Source: Alphaproteobacteria bacterium (lineage in GTDB: Bacteria; Pseudomonadota; Alphaproteobacteria; Methylaequorales; Methylaequoraceae). Taken from it: 59,097 nt of DNA. The notes beneath the pieces were generated by a model. It did not search any database. It saw nothing but the letters and a program-made list of their open reading frames with translations, and was not told the DNA's origin. The DNA lies in assembly GCA_045563015.1 (NCBI GenBank), contig JBJKUQ010000001.1, forward strand, positions 1-59,097. Reading direction: 5' to 3'. Positions within the stretch are counted from its first letter, which is position 1, and the number at the start of each line of letters is the position of its first letter. Shown in pieces: positions 10,876-20,262 of the stretch. The translations under genes were made by a program, and so were the position numbers.

Positions 10876-11903
10876 CAAAAATCTTATTTGTAGATAATGG
10901 TATCAATTTTGATTCAACTATTTTTAGAGAAAAACCATTAGGTGGTGCTGAGGTAGCATTTGTATCTTTAGTAGAAGAACTTGCAAATTTAAAATATGAA
11001 GTGGTTGTTTATAATAACTGCCTAAACCCTGGTTTAATAAAGGGTGTTTATTGGAAAAAATTAAATTCAAAGATTAATGATGAGAATTTTGATGTTTTGG
11101 TAATTAATAGAGGAGATAAATATTTAAACTTCAAAAAACAATGTAAAAGAAGAATTTTCTGGATCCATAATCCAGCAAATTATTTACTCAAATACAGATA
11201 TTTGTCAAAATTACTTTTTAATAAGCCAATCATAGTTTTTTCAAGTAATTATCATTGTAGTACATATCCGCAATGGGCCCCAGCAAAAAAAAAAATTGTA
11301 ATTCCTTATGGAGTTGATCAAAAACTAAATAGTAAAAAAATAAATTTACCTAAACCTCATGCTATATTCACTTCAAATCCTATGAGGAAATTAGATTGGG
11401 TTTTAGATAGATGGGAAAAAGAAATTTTTCCAAAGGTAAGCACTGCAAAACTAAAGTTATTTGCAGGAATAGCAACTTATGGAAGTTTTGGTAACAAACA
11501 TAAAGATATGATTAATAGAATACTTTTTAAGGCTAAATCCCTTAAAAATAGAGGTGTTCAAGTTAGTTTACCTCTTTCAAGGGAAAAATTATTCAATCAA
11601 ATCAGAAAATCAAGAGTCTTAATGTATAAAGGGACAAGTGATGAAACTTTCTGTATGGCAGTAGCAGAATCACAAGTTTTAGGTATACCAGCTGTTGTGT
11701 GTAATGAAGGATGTTTAAATGAAAGAGTCATTAATGATGAAACTGGATATGTATGTGAGAGTGAAAAAGAATTTTCTGCAAAATCGATAAAACTCTTGAA
11801 AGATGATAAAACATGGATGAGAATGCATAAAAATCTTTTATGTAATAATAATCATTTAGATTGGTCAGAAGTAGCGAGAAAATGGAAAAAGATAATAGAT
11901 TGA
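10872..11903 (+). CDS. Glycosyltransferase family 4
   Basis: PLGGAE N-terminal motif; ETFCMAVAESQVLGIPAV (Ex7E). Confidence 0.85.
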   Translation: MTKILFVDNGINFDSTIFREKPLGGAEVAFVSLVEELANLKYEVVVYNNCLNPGLIKGVYWKKLNSKINDENFDVLVINRGDKYLNFKKQCKRRIFWIHNPANYLLKYRYLSKLLFNKPIIVFSSNYHCSTYPQWAPAKKKIVIPYGVDQKLNSKKINLPKPHAIFTSNPMRKLDWVLDRWEKEIFPKVSTAKLKLFAGIATYGSFGNKHKDMINRILFKAKSLKNRGVQVSLPLSREKLFNQIRKSRVLMYKGTSDETFCMAVAESQVLGIPAVVCNEGCLNERVINDETGYVCESEKEFSAKSIKLLKDDKTWMRMHKNLLCNNNHLDWSEVARKWKKIID

Positions 11904-12910
11904 GAGTGTTAAATATTTTAGGAGGTGCTAAAGAGGGTGGTGCTGAAAAATTTTTTGAGAGAATATCTTTAGCACTTGAAAAAAAAAAAATTCATCAAGA
12001 ACTTATTATTAGAAAAAGTGATCAAAGATACAAAAGACTGACTAATAAAATAAAAATTATACATCAAATAAAACATTTTTATTTCTACAACCCATTTTGT
12101 CATAAAAAAATCAATGATATTTTTGAAAAATTTAGACCAAATGTAGCTCTTACTTGGATGAATAGAGCATCAAGGCTTTTACCAAAAAAAAAAAACTGCG
12201 TTAATATAGGAAGAATAGGTGGGTATTATAAAATAAAGAATTATGTAAATTGTGATTATTTAATTACTAACACTTTTGATCTTAGAAATTATGCAATTGA
12301 ACATGGCTGGGATCCAGAAAAAGTTGAGTTTATCCCAAATTTTGTTGATGAAAATAACAAAGAAAAAGTCATTAGTAAATCGGCAAGAAAGGTAATAATA
12401 TGTTTGGGAAGGTTTCACAAAAACAAAGGAATAGATATTTTACTTAAGGCCATGACGTATATTTCAGATTATGATTTATGGATAATTGGTAGAGGTGAAG
12501 AAAAAAAGCTTTATGAACAGATAATTCAACAATACAAATTAGAAGAAAAAGTTTTTTTTTATGATTGGACAGATAATATTTCTAAATATTTAAATGCCTC
12601 TAATATTTTGATTTGTCCTTCAAGACATGAACCATTTGGAAATGTTATTGTAGAAGCATGGGCTCATAAAATTCCAGTCATAGTTTCCGAAACAGAGGGA
12701 CCTAAAGTAATAGTAAAAAATAATTTCAATGGCTTAAAATTTAAAAATGAGGACATGTTTGATTTATTAAAAAAAATTAAGTTAATTCAAAATAATTTAA
12801 GTCTTAAAAAAAAAATAATTTTAAATGGATTTTCAGAATTTAAAGCTAAATATGCAGAACACTTAATTATAGATAAATATATTAAATTCTTTCAAAAAGT
12901 ATCTAAATAA
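11882..12910 (+). CDS. Glycosyltransferase family 4
   Basis: GGAEKFF, GRFHKNKGID, PSRHEPFGNVIVEAW. Start could be ATG 11882 or TTG 11900. Confidence 0.88.
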   Translation: MEKDNRLRVLNILGGAKEGGAEKFFERISLALEKKKIHQELIIRKSDQRYKRLTNKIKIIHQIKHFYFYNPFCHKKINDIFEKFRPNVALTWMNRASRLLPKKKNCVNIGRIGGYYKIKNYVNCDYLITNTFDLRNYAIEHGWDPEKVEFIPNFVDENNKEKVISKSARKVIICLGRFHKNKGIDILLKAMTYISDYDLWIIGRGEEKKLYEQIIQQYKLEEKVFFYDWTDNISKYLNASNILICPSRHEPFGNVIVEAWAHKIPVIVSETEGPKVIVKNNFNGLKFKNEDMFDLLKKIKLIQNNLSLKKKIILNGFSEFKAKYAEHLIIDKYIKFFQKVSK

Positions 12911-14628
12911 TGTGCGGAATAGCTGGTCTCCTCCTAAATAAACCAAATGAAAAGTTATGTTCTAAAGTTCTGAAAATTTCTAAGTCTCTTCAGCATCGTG
13001 GTCCAGATGCCTCTTCTTTATTTAAAGATCAAAAAAATTTACTAATTCATACACGACTATCAATCATTGATATTAGGGGAGGCAATCAACCCTTATCAAA
13101 TAAAAATATTGTTTTAGTTGCTAATGGTGAAATCTACAATGATCCAGAAATAAGAGCTAGATTAGAAAAATACAAATTTAAGACAAATTCTGATTCAGAG
13201 GCTATAACTGGTCTTTACTTTGAAGAGGGCATTGAGGGTTTAAAAAAACTAAGGGGTATGTATGCTTTTGCATTATATGACAAAAAGAAAAACCGTACTA
13301 TTTTAAGTAGGGATGTCTTTGGAATAAAACCCCTCTATTTTTCAAAAATAAAAGAAGGTATTATTTTTAGTTCAGAAATTAGACCTTTAATCAGTCTTAA
13401 TTTAATTGAAAAAGATATTTCAAATTCCAAACTTTTAGAATATTTAGAACTTCAATATTGTTCTGGAAAAGGAACTATTTATAAGAATATTCAAAGAATA
13501 ACTCCCGGAGAATTATTGGTTATTGAAGATGGTAAAATTTCAAATAGTATCCTACAGAAATTTCCAGAGAAAAAAGTTTCAAAAAAAAAAATTGATGAGA
13601 GTTTTATTGAAGAAAAATTAAAAGAAAGTGTATCCGCTCATCTTAGAAGTGATGTTCCATATTGTCTTTTCTTTTCGGGTGGAATAGATTCGATGTTAAT
13701 AATGTATTTAATGAGTAGATTGGATTTAAAAAAAGTCACATCATACAAAATTAATATTAAAGGTAAGAGTTTAAGGAATGATTTGTTAAAAAAAATTACA
13801 AGTCAATTTAATTTTGAATTTAATGAAATAAATTTTGATGAAAAAGATTTTTGGAATTTAATACCTTTTGCGGCAAAAAACATTGATGAGCCAATTGCCG
13901 ACTATGCAATTTTACCAACATTTAAATTGGCTAAAGAAGCATCAAAAGATTTTAAAGTTGCTATAACTGGTGAGGGGGGGGATGAACTGTTTGGAGGTTA
14001 TGGAAGATATAAGACTCGAATTCTTAAAAACAGAACTTACTTCAAGCCAGCATTTAAAAGATTTAAAAATTTTAGTAAAGATCATTGGAATTTCGAAAAC
14101 TCAAAAGAGATTGTTGAAAACCTTGATTTAACTGAGCTTCAAAAAACTCAATACTTTGATTATATTAACTGGCTACCAAATAATCTTTTAGTAAAATTGG
14201 ATAGATGTCTGATGAGTTATGGAATGGAAGGGAGAACACCATTGATTGATAAAAAACTTTTTGAAAATTTTTTTTATATTCATGATTCATTTAAGATTAA
14301 TAATGGACATGGTAAGTTTTTAATAAAAAATTTTTTGAAAAATAAGATTCAATGTTATAATTCCTTTCATAAAAAAGAAGGTTTTAGTGTTCCAATTAAT
14401 GATTGGATACCAAAAAAATCAAAAATTTTAGAAGAATTATTGCCAAGAGTAGATTTTTTAAACTATTTTTTTACTAAAGACGAAATTATTAAATTATGCA
14501 GATCTGTTTCCTATTCAAAAAAAAATATTCGAGCTCTTTGGCATTTAATTTTTATTTCAGCTTGGTATAGTGTTAGTTTTAAAAATAAAAAAATTGATGG
14601 TGACTTTTTTGATATTATATCCAATTAA
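12910..14628 (+). CDS. asnB: Asparagine synthase (glutamine-hydrolysing) family amidotransferase
   Basis: N-terminal MCGIAG (Ntn Cys), HRGPD, RLSIID, NGEIYN, SGGIDS, GEGGDELFGGY, DRCLMSYGMEGRTP. Located in a glycosyltransferase cluster. Confidence 0.9.
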   Translation: MCGIAGLLLNKPNEKLCSKVLKISKSLQHRGPDASSLFKDQKNLLIHTRLSIIDIRGGNQPLSNKNIVLVANGEIYNDPEIRARLEKYKFKTNSDSEAITGLYFEEGIEGLKKLRGMYAFALYDKKKNRTILSRDVFGIKPLYFSKIKEGIIFSSEIRPLISLNLIEKDISNSKLLEYLELQYCSGKGTIYKNIQRITPGELLVIEDGKISNSILQKFPEKKVSKKKIDESFIEEKLKESVSAHLRSDVPYCLFFSGGIDSMLIMYLMSRLDLKKVTSYKINIKGKSLRNDLLKKITSQFNFEFNEINFDEKDFWNLIPFAAKNIDEPIADYAILPTFKLAKEASKDFKVAITGEGGDELFGGYGRYKTRILKNRTYFKPAFKRFKNFSKDHWNFENSKEIVENLDLTELQKTQYFDYINWLPNNLLVKLDRCLMSYGMEGRTPLIDKKLFENFFYIHDSFKINNGHGKFLIKNFLKNKIQCYNSFHKKEGFSVPINDWIPKKSKILEELLPRVDFLNYFFTKDEIIKLCRSVSYSKKNIRALWHLIFISAWYSVSFKNKKIDGDFFDIISN

Positions 14629-14643
14629 ATATATAAAACTGAA

Positions 14644-15976
14644 ATGAAACACCTAGATTTAATTATATTAAATGCCGATGTCTTTCTTCCTAATGAAACT
14701 ATTGACAGAATTGATATAGGAATTATTGATTCAAAAATAGTAGAATTATGTGTGATTATCCAGAAGGGATTCAAAAAATAAAATTGATGCAAAAAATTTG
14801 CTTGTTTTACCTGGTGCAATTGATACTCAGGTACATTTTAGAGAACCTGGGCTTACACATAAAGAAGATTTAAATAGTGGAACAAAGGGCGCAGTTTTGG
14901 GTGGTATTACAACTATATTTGAGATGCCAAATACAAGCCCCTCAACAACAACTATAGATGCTTTAAATCAAAAATTAGAGATTGCTCAAGATAATGCCTA
15001 TTGTAATTATAGTTTTTTTGTAGGAGCAGCTAAAGAAAATATTAAAAACCTCAAAAATTTGGAGTTAACTCCTGGTTGTTGCGGGGTGAAAATTTTTATG
15101 GGATCTTCCACAGGAGATTTATTAGTTGAAGACGATGAAAGTTTAAGGAAAATTTTGTTATCAGGAAAACGAAGAGTAGCTGTTCATAGTGAAGATGAAT
15201 ATAGATTGAGAGAAAGAATTCACTTATTAGATGATAATGATATTAATGTTAATTATCACCCAATTTGGAGAGATACAGAAACTGCTGTTAATAGTACTTT
15301 GAGGTTATTAAAGATTGCCAAAGAAACTAAAAGAAATGTTCATGTTTTACACATTTCAACTAAAGATGAAATTGCAATTCTTTCTAAAGAAAAAAGAATT
15401 TCCACATGTGAAGTTACACCCCAACATTTATTTTTTCACTCCCCGTCCTGTTATGAAAATTTAGGAACATTAGTGCAAATGAACCCTCCAATCAGGAGCT
15501 TGGATCACAATAATGGTTTATGGAAAGGTGTTACAGAAAAGGTTATTGATGTTGTTGGTTCTGATCACGCCCCTCATACTTTAGAAGAAAAAAAAATGAA
15601 ATATCCAAAATCTCCATCTGGTATGACTGGTGTTCAAACTTTGTTACCAATAATGTTAGATTTTGTTAACAAAGAGAAGATTTCTATTAGTGATTTAGTA
15701 AGACTAGTTTGTAAAAACCCTGCTCATATATATAAAATGAAATTCAAAGGAGAAATCAAAATTGGAAATGATGCCGACTTTTCAATAGTTGATTTAAAAA
15801 AAGAATTTACAATAAAAAATGAATGGATTGCAAGTAAGTCTTCTTGGACTCCATATGATAATGTTAAAGTCAGGGGATTTCCTGTTATAACAATTGTTGG
15901 GGGTAATGTGATTATGACAGAAAACCAAATTTTATCGAAGCCATCTGGAAAACCGGTACAATTTAATTATGATTAA
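14644..15976 (+). CDS. pyrC: Dihydroorotase (frameshift near 14748-14757)
   Basis: PGAIDTQVHFREPG, MPNT, KIFMGSSTG, HSED, EVTPQHL, MNPPIR, GSDHAPH. The N-terminus MKHLDLIILNADVFLP starts at ATG 14644 in another frame. Confidence 0.88.
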
Positions 15977-16139
15977 TTTTTTTTATAACCATAATGCTAA
16001 TTTCTTGTTCAGAACACTTAAATTTTTCAATCGCGTTTTTAATCGCAATTAATTTAGCATCAGATTTTTCGCTTGCATATATATATTCGCTATCTTTTCC
16101 ATAGATTGATATTTCTAATTCAACCAAATACCAAAACAT
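15963..16139 (-). CDS. Small hypothetical protein, 58 aa (not in ORF track)
   Basis: ATG overlaps the symporter stop (TAATG); MFWYLVELEISIYGKDSEYIYASEKSDAKLIAIKNAIEKFKCSEQEISIMVIKKINHN* fills the gap to pyrC. Confidence 0.45.
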   Translation of the reverse strand: MFWYLVELEISIYGKDSEYIYASEKSDAKLIAIKNAIEKFKCSEQEISIMVIKKINHN

Positions 16140-17345
16140 TATTTTTCTTTTTTATTAATAACAAGTGTTACCATTGCATCTCCAGTAACATTTAAAGCTG
16201 TTCTTATCATATCTAAAATTCTATCAACACCCATAACAATAGCAATTCCCTCTAAAGGTAGACCAACTTGTGTTAAGACCATTCCTAGCATAATAATCCC
16301 AACACCTGGAACACCTGCAGTTCCAATTGATGCCAGAGTAGCGGTCAAAATTATTGAAAGAAAATCGGTCAAGAGTAATTCAATATTATAAATATTTGCT
16401 ATAAAAATTGTTGCCATTCCTTGCATAATAGCTGTTCCATCCATATTGATTGTGGCACCTAATGGAACAGTAAACGATGAGACTTTTTTTTTAACCCTAA
16501 AATTTTTATTGAGGTTTTCCAGAGTTACAGGAATTGTTGCACTACTACTTGATGTTGAAAAAGCAAATAATACTATTTCTTTAACCCCATTTAAAAATTT
16601 TAAAATACTAATACCTCCGAAAATTTTAACAAATGGTAAATATACAAAACTTAGTTGAATCAGAATAACTGTTACAACGCCAAAAAAATATTTTAAAAGT
16701 TCTATTATTGATGATATTCCCTGAGTTGCGAATGTCTTAGAAATAAGACAAAAAATTCCTATAGGTGCGATAATCATTAAAGCTGATAACATTTTTAAAA
16801 CAAGAGCATTCATACCTTCAAAAAAGTTAAGTAGAAAAGTTTTCTTTTCTAAACCAGATAAACAAGTGCCTAATAAAAGTGCAAAAAATATCACTTGTAA
16901 CATATTTCCTTCAGTGAGAGATTTAAATGGGTTGTCAGGGATAATATTCAAAATTACCTCTAAGAAAGTGGGTGCCTCTTTTATATTTATTGATTCATTG
17001 CTTATTGAAATATTTATTTCCTCCCCTGGGTTTATTATATATCCAATAAAAAGAGACAGAGTTATGGCAAATAAAGTTGTTATTAAATATAAGCATATAG
17101 TTTTAATTCCAATCCTTCCAATTGAGGATATATCGTTTAGATTGGCAACACCTGTTAACAGAGAAAACTATTGGAACAACAAGCATCTTTATGATTTTAA
17201 GAAAAATATTACCTCCAAACTCTAAAATTATAGTTGATGTATCAAAAAAATTAGGTAGTAAGTTTGATAATAAATTAAGTGAAATTCCAAAAATTATTCC
17301 GAAAAAGAAACTTAAAAAGATTTTTTTTGTTAAATCATTCTTCAT
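16139..17345 (-). CDS. Dicarboxylate/amino acid:cation symporter (DAACS, GltP-like); frameshift near 17161-17168
   Basis: The 17103-17345 and 16139-16951 ORFs join through an open frame: FLKIIKMLVVPIVF / LLTGVANL..GRIG; STSSSSAT, GATINMDGTA, GTAGVPG, DRILDMIRTALNVTGD. Confidence 0.9.
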
Positions 17346-17351
17346 ATATAA

Positions 17352-17425
17352 TGGTGCCCTCTACTGGTTACGCTCCAGTGGCTGAGTCTTACCAAGACCC
17401 TGTTTTACTATTAAACTAAGAGGAC
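17352..17425 (-). tRNA. tRNA-Thr(GGT), non-canonical D- and T-loops, encoded CCA
   Basis: GTCCTCT TA GTTT-AATAGTA-AAAC A GGGTC-TTGGTAA-GACTC AGCC ACTGG-AGCGTAA-CCAGT AGAGGGC A CCA (74 nt). All four stems pair; anticodon GGT. Confidence 0.88.
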
Positions 17426-17473
17426 AAAAATTTCTACAATATTTATAATTAAAAAAAACCATAAATCAATTAA

Positions 17474-17494
17474 TTAACCCTGACCTAGGGTTAA
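17474..17494 (-). terminator. Hairpin just downstream of the glutamate synthase-family gene (possible terminator)
   Basis: TTAACCCT-GACCT-AGGGTTAA perfect 8-bp inverted repeat; the U-tract is weak. Confidence 0.4.
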
Positions 17495-17499
17495 ATAGG

Positions 17500-19119
17500 T
17501 TAAATAGATCCTGGAATATAATTAAAACTTTTAGACGAAACTTTATTCCAGTAAACATCAAGTCTTGGGTCAGCTATTTCTTTTTTTCCTTTTTTAAGTA
17601 GTTCTCCTTTTTCGGCTCTTGGATAAATTTGATCAGCAAGTCTTATTTCACTTTCTGAAAGTCTTCTAACTATATGACGTCTATTAAGTTGTTCTGGGTG
17701 GTTTACTCCAACGGACTCCAGTAATTCTTTGAGAACAAATAATGTATTTTGATGAAAGTTTAACGCTCTCTTCGCTCTGTCATCAATATCAATTGCTCTA
17801 TATCTCATTGGGTCCATTGTTGCTATACCAGTTGGACATTCCCCGGTATGACAAGATCTGCATTGAATACAACCAATCGCAAACATAAATGGTCTAGCCA
17901 TATTTATCCAATCTGCACCAAGTGCACACATATGAGCTATATCAAATGCAGAAACAACTTTTCCGGACGCACCAATTTTAATTCTTTTCCTTAAATTTGA
18001 ACCTACTAATGCATTATCAACAAAAATTAATGCATCTTTTAGAGGACAACCTATATGATCGGTAAATTCAACAGGTGCTGCACCTGTTCCTCCCTCTGAT
18101 CCATCAACTGTTATAAAATCTATATATTTTTTTTCTTCTACCATAGTCTTGACAATTGATATTAGTTCCCAAGGGTGACCCACACAGAGCTTGATACCAA
18201 CAGGTTTTCCGCCTGATAATTTTCTTAGCTTTTCAACAAACTTAAGTAATTGGGTTGGGTTTGAAAACTCTTTATGTTTGGCAGGAGAGATACAATCTTT
18301 CCCAGCTTCAATTCCTCTTGTCATTGCGATTTCATTAGTCACCTTTGGAGCTAAAAGCATACCACCATGTCCTGGTTTTGCGCCTTGACTAAGTTTAATT
18401 TCAATCATCTTAACTTGCTTTTTCTGAGATTTAGAAGCGAATGTTTTAGGACAAAAGTTGCCGTTTTTATCTCTACATCCAAAATATCCAGTTGATATTT
18501 GCCAGATTGCATCTCCATTTCCTTTCTCATGATAAGGAGATAATGAACCCTCACCTGTATTATGTGCAAATCGACCCATTTTTGCAGCTTGATTAAGTGC
18601 TGTAATTGCAGGTGGAGATATTGCACCGAAAGATGTTCCAGAAATATTTAGCACAGACATTTCATAATTTTTTTTTCCAGAACCAACCTTTACTCTGAAA
18701 TCATTATTTTCAATATGAGACGGCGTTATTGAATGGTTTAACCAAACAAAGTCATTTTCATAAAATTTTTCAAGGGACCCAAAGGGCCTAACTCCACCTT
18801 CATTTTTTGACCTTTGATAAACCATAGATCGCTGATTTCTGGAGTAGGGTACCTCATCATCGTCAGATTCCCAATAATATTGTCTTAATTCAGGTCTAAT
18901 ACTCTCTAAAAAAAATCTAAACCTTCCTAGAAGTGGAAAGTTTGAAAGGATTGACCTTTTCTTTTGAAGAAAGTCTTTGAGCGATATTAAAAAAAGAACA
19001 AGTGAAGGAAAAAATATTAGTAGGAATATATTTATATAAAATGATAAAAAAAGCGAAAATGTCGAAATTATTGCAGTATAAACTAGAAGTGAATATCTTC
19101 CCCAAATTATTTCTCTCAT
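17500..19119 (-). CDS. FMN-binding glutamate synthase family protein (stand-alone, N-terminal TM segments)
   Basis: NTGEG, EIKLSQGAKPGHGG, KPVGIK, ITVDGSEGGTGAAP, LGADWINMAR, CIQCRSCHTGECPTGIAT (Fe-S). Confidence 0.9.
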   Translation of the reverse strand: MREIIWGRYSLLVYTAIISTFSLFLSFYINIFLLIFFPSLVLFLISLKDFLQKKRSILSNFPLLGRFRFFLESIRPELRQYYWESDDDEVPYSRNQRSMVYQRSKNEGGVRPFGSLEKFYENDFVWLNHSITPSHIENNDFRVKVGSGKKNYEMSVLNISGTSFGAISPPAITALNQAAKMGRFAHNTGEGSLSPYHEKGNGDAIWQISTGYFGCRDKNGNFCPKTFASKSQKKQVKMIEIKLSQGAKPGHGGMLLAPKVTNEIAMTRGIEAGKDCISPAKHKEFSNPTQLLKFVEKLRKLSGGKPVGIKLCVGHPWELISIVKTMVEEKKYIDFITVDGSEGGTGAAPVEFTDHIGCPLKDALIFVDNALVGSNLRKRIKIGASGKVVSAFDIAHMCALGADWINMARPFMFAIGCIQCRSCHTGECPTGIATMDPMRYRAIDIDDRAKRALNFHQNTLFVLKELLESVGVNHPEQLNRRHIVRRLSESEIRLADQIYPRAEKGELLKKGKKEIADPRLDVYWNKVSSKSFNYIPGSI

Positions 19120-19255
19120 ATAATAATTTATAACAATTTTCTAGAAAAAGAAAAGAATGAATATGTTGAAGTTAAAAAAGTTTAATTTTTTAAATTAGCA
19201 ATTACTAAAATATGAAAGTATATTAATTATTTATTTTATATCTAACTGACAGTCT

Positions 19256-19609
19256 ATGGACACTAAAAAGATTCAAAAAATTTTAAGAGACTTTGCAAAG
19301 AAAAGAGATTGGGAACAGTTCCATAGCCTAAAAAATTTAGCAATCTCTATAAATTTGGAGGCATCAGAACTGTTGGAAATTTTTCAATGGGAAGATGACA
19401 AAAAAATTAATAGTCAAATAAAGAAAAATGATTTTAAAAAAAATATTTCTGATGAAGTTGCGGATATTATACTTTATATATTAAGGTTCTCTGATATTGC
19501 AGGAATAAATATTGAAAAAAGTTGTATAAATAAAATAAAAAAAAATGAAAAAAAATATCCAATTGTTTTGAGTAAAGGTAAATCGACAAAATATAACAAA
19601 CTCCAATAA
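19256..19609 (+). CDS. Nucleotide pyrophosphohydrolase, MazG-like/DCTPP1 family
   Basis: RDWEQFHSLKNLAISINLEASELLEIFQW, DEVADII.Y, KIKKNEKKYP. Confidence 0.88.
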   Translation: MDTKKIQKILRDFAKKRDWEQFHSLKNLAISINLEASELLEIFQWEDDKKINSQIKKNDFKKNISDEVADIILYILRFSDIAGINIEKSCINKIKKNEKKYPIVLSKGKSTKYNKLQ

Positions 19610-19624
19610 AATTAGGTATCTTTA

Positions 19625-19723
19625 ATGAAAAATAAAAACCAAAAAAAAGAAGATAATTTATCAAAAGCTTTGAAACGAAATATTCAAAAACGAAAGGTTA
19701 AGTACAATGGGAATAATGCCTGA
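19625..19723 (+). CDS. Small basic hypothetical protein, 32 aa (not in ORF track)
   Basis: [32 protein letters not shown]; overlaps the dcd start; resembles the short LxxALRxNLKRRK-type ORF seen near dcd/murA in alphaproteobacteria. Confidence 0.45.
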   Translation: MKNKNQKKEDNLSKALKRNIQKRKVKYNGNNA

Positions 19724-20261
19724 TTTATGGATTAAAAAGATGGCTTTAGAAAAAAAAATGATTGACCCTTTTGTTGAAAATCTTGTAAAAGATAATGTTT
19801 TGTCATATGGGTTGTCATCATATGGATATGATGCAAGAGTTTCAAAAAATTTTAAAATTTTTACCAATGTTAATTCAGCTACAGTGGATCCAAAAGATTT
19901 TTCTGAAAGTAGTTTTGTAGACAGAGAAGTTGATTATTGTATTATTCCTCCAAATAGTTTTGCATTAGCAAAAACTGTAGAATATTTCAAAATTCCTAAA
20001 GAGACACTTGTAATTTGTGTTGGAAAATCAACATATGCTAGATGTGGAATCATTGTTAATGTAACTCCTTTGGAACCAGAGTGGGAAGGACATGTAACGC
20101 TTGAGTTTTCAAATACAACTCCATTACCTGCAAAAATTTATGCAAATGAAGGCGCAGCTCAATTTTTGTTTCTTCAAGGAACTGAAGTTTGTGACTTGTC
20201 GTATGCAGATAGAAAAGGCAAGTACATGTACCAAAAAGGTGTAACACTTCCAAAGCTTTAA
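19707..20261 (+). CDS. dcd: dCTP deaminase
   Basis: [57 protein letters not shown]. Confidence 0.97.
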   Translation: MGIMPDLWIKKMALEKKMIDPFVENLVKDNVLSYGLSSYGYDARVSKNFKIFTNVNSATVDPKDFSESSFVDREVDYCIIPPNSFALAKTVEYFKIPKETLVICVGKSTYARCGIIVNVTPLEPEWEGHVTLEFSNTTPLPAKIYANEGAAQFLFLQGTEVCDLSYADRKGKYMYQKGVTLPKL

Positions 20262-20262
20262 T

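Noticed and set aside
17122-17385. Plus-strand ORFs 17122-17385 and 16866-17225
   Set aside because: Antisense to the DAACS gene and tRNA-Thr; no recognisable motifs.
19256-20261. MazG-like + dCTP deaminase as a nucleotide-depletion antiphage system
   Set aside because: dcd is the ordinary housekeeping type in its usual dcd-murA position, and the small MazG-like protein is a common pool-sanitising enzyme.
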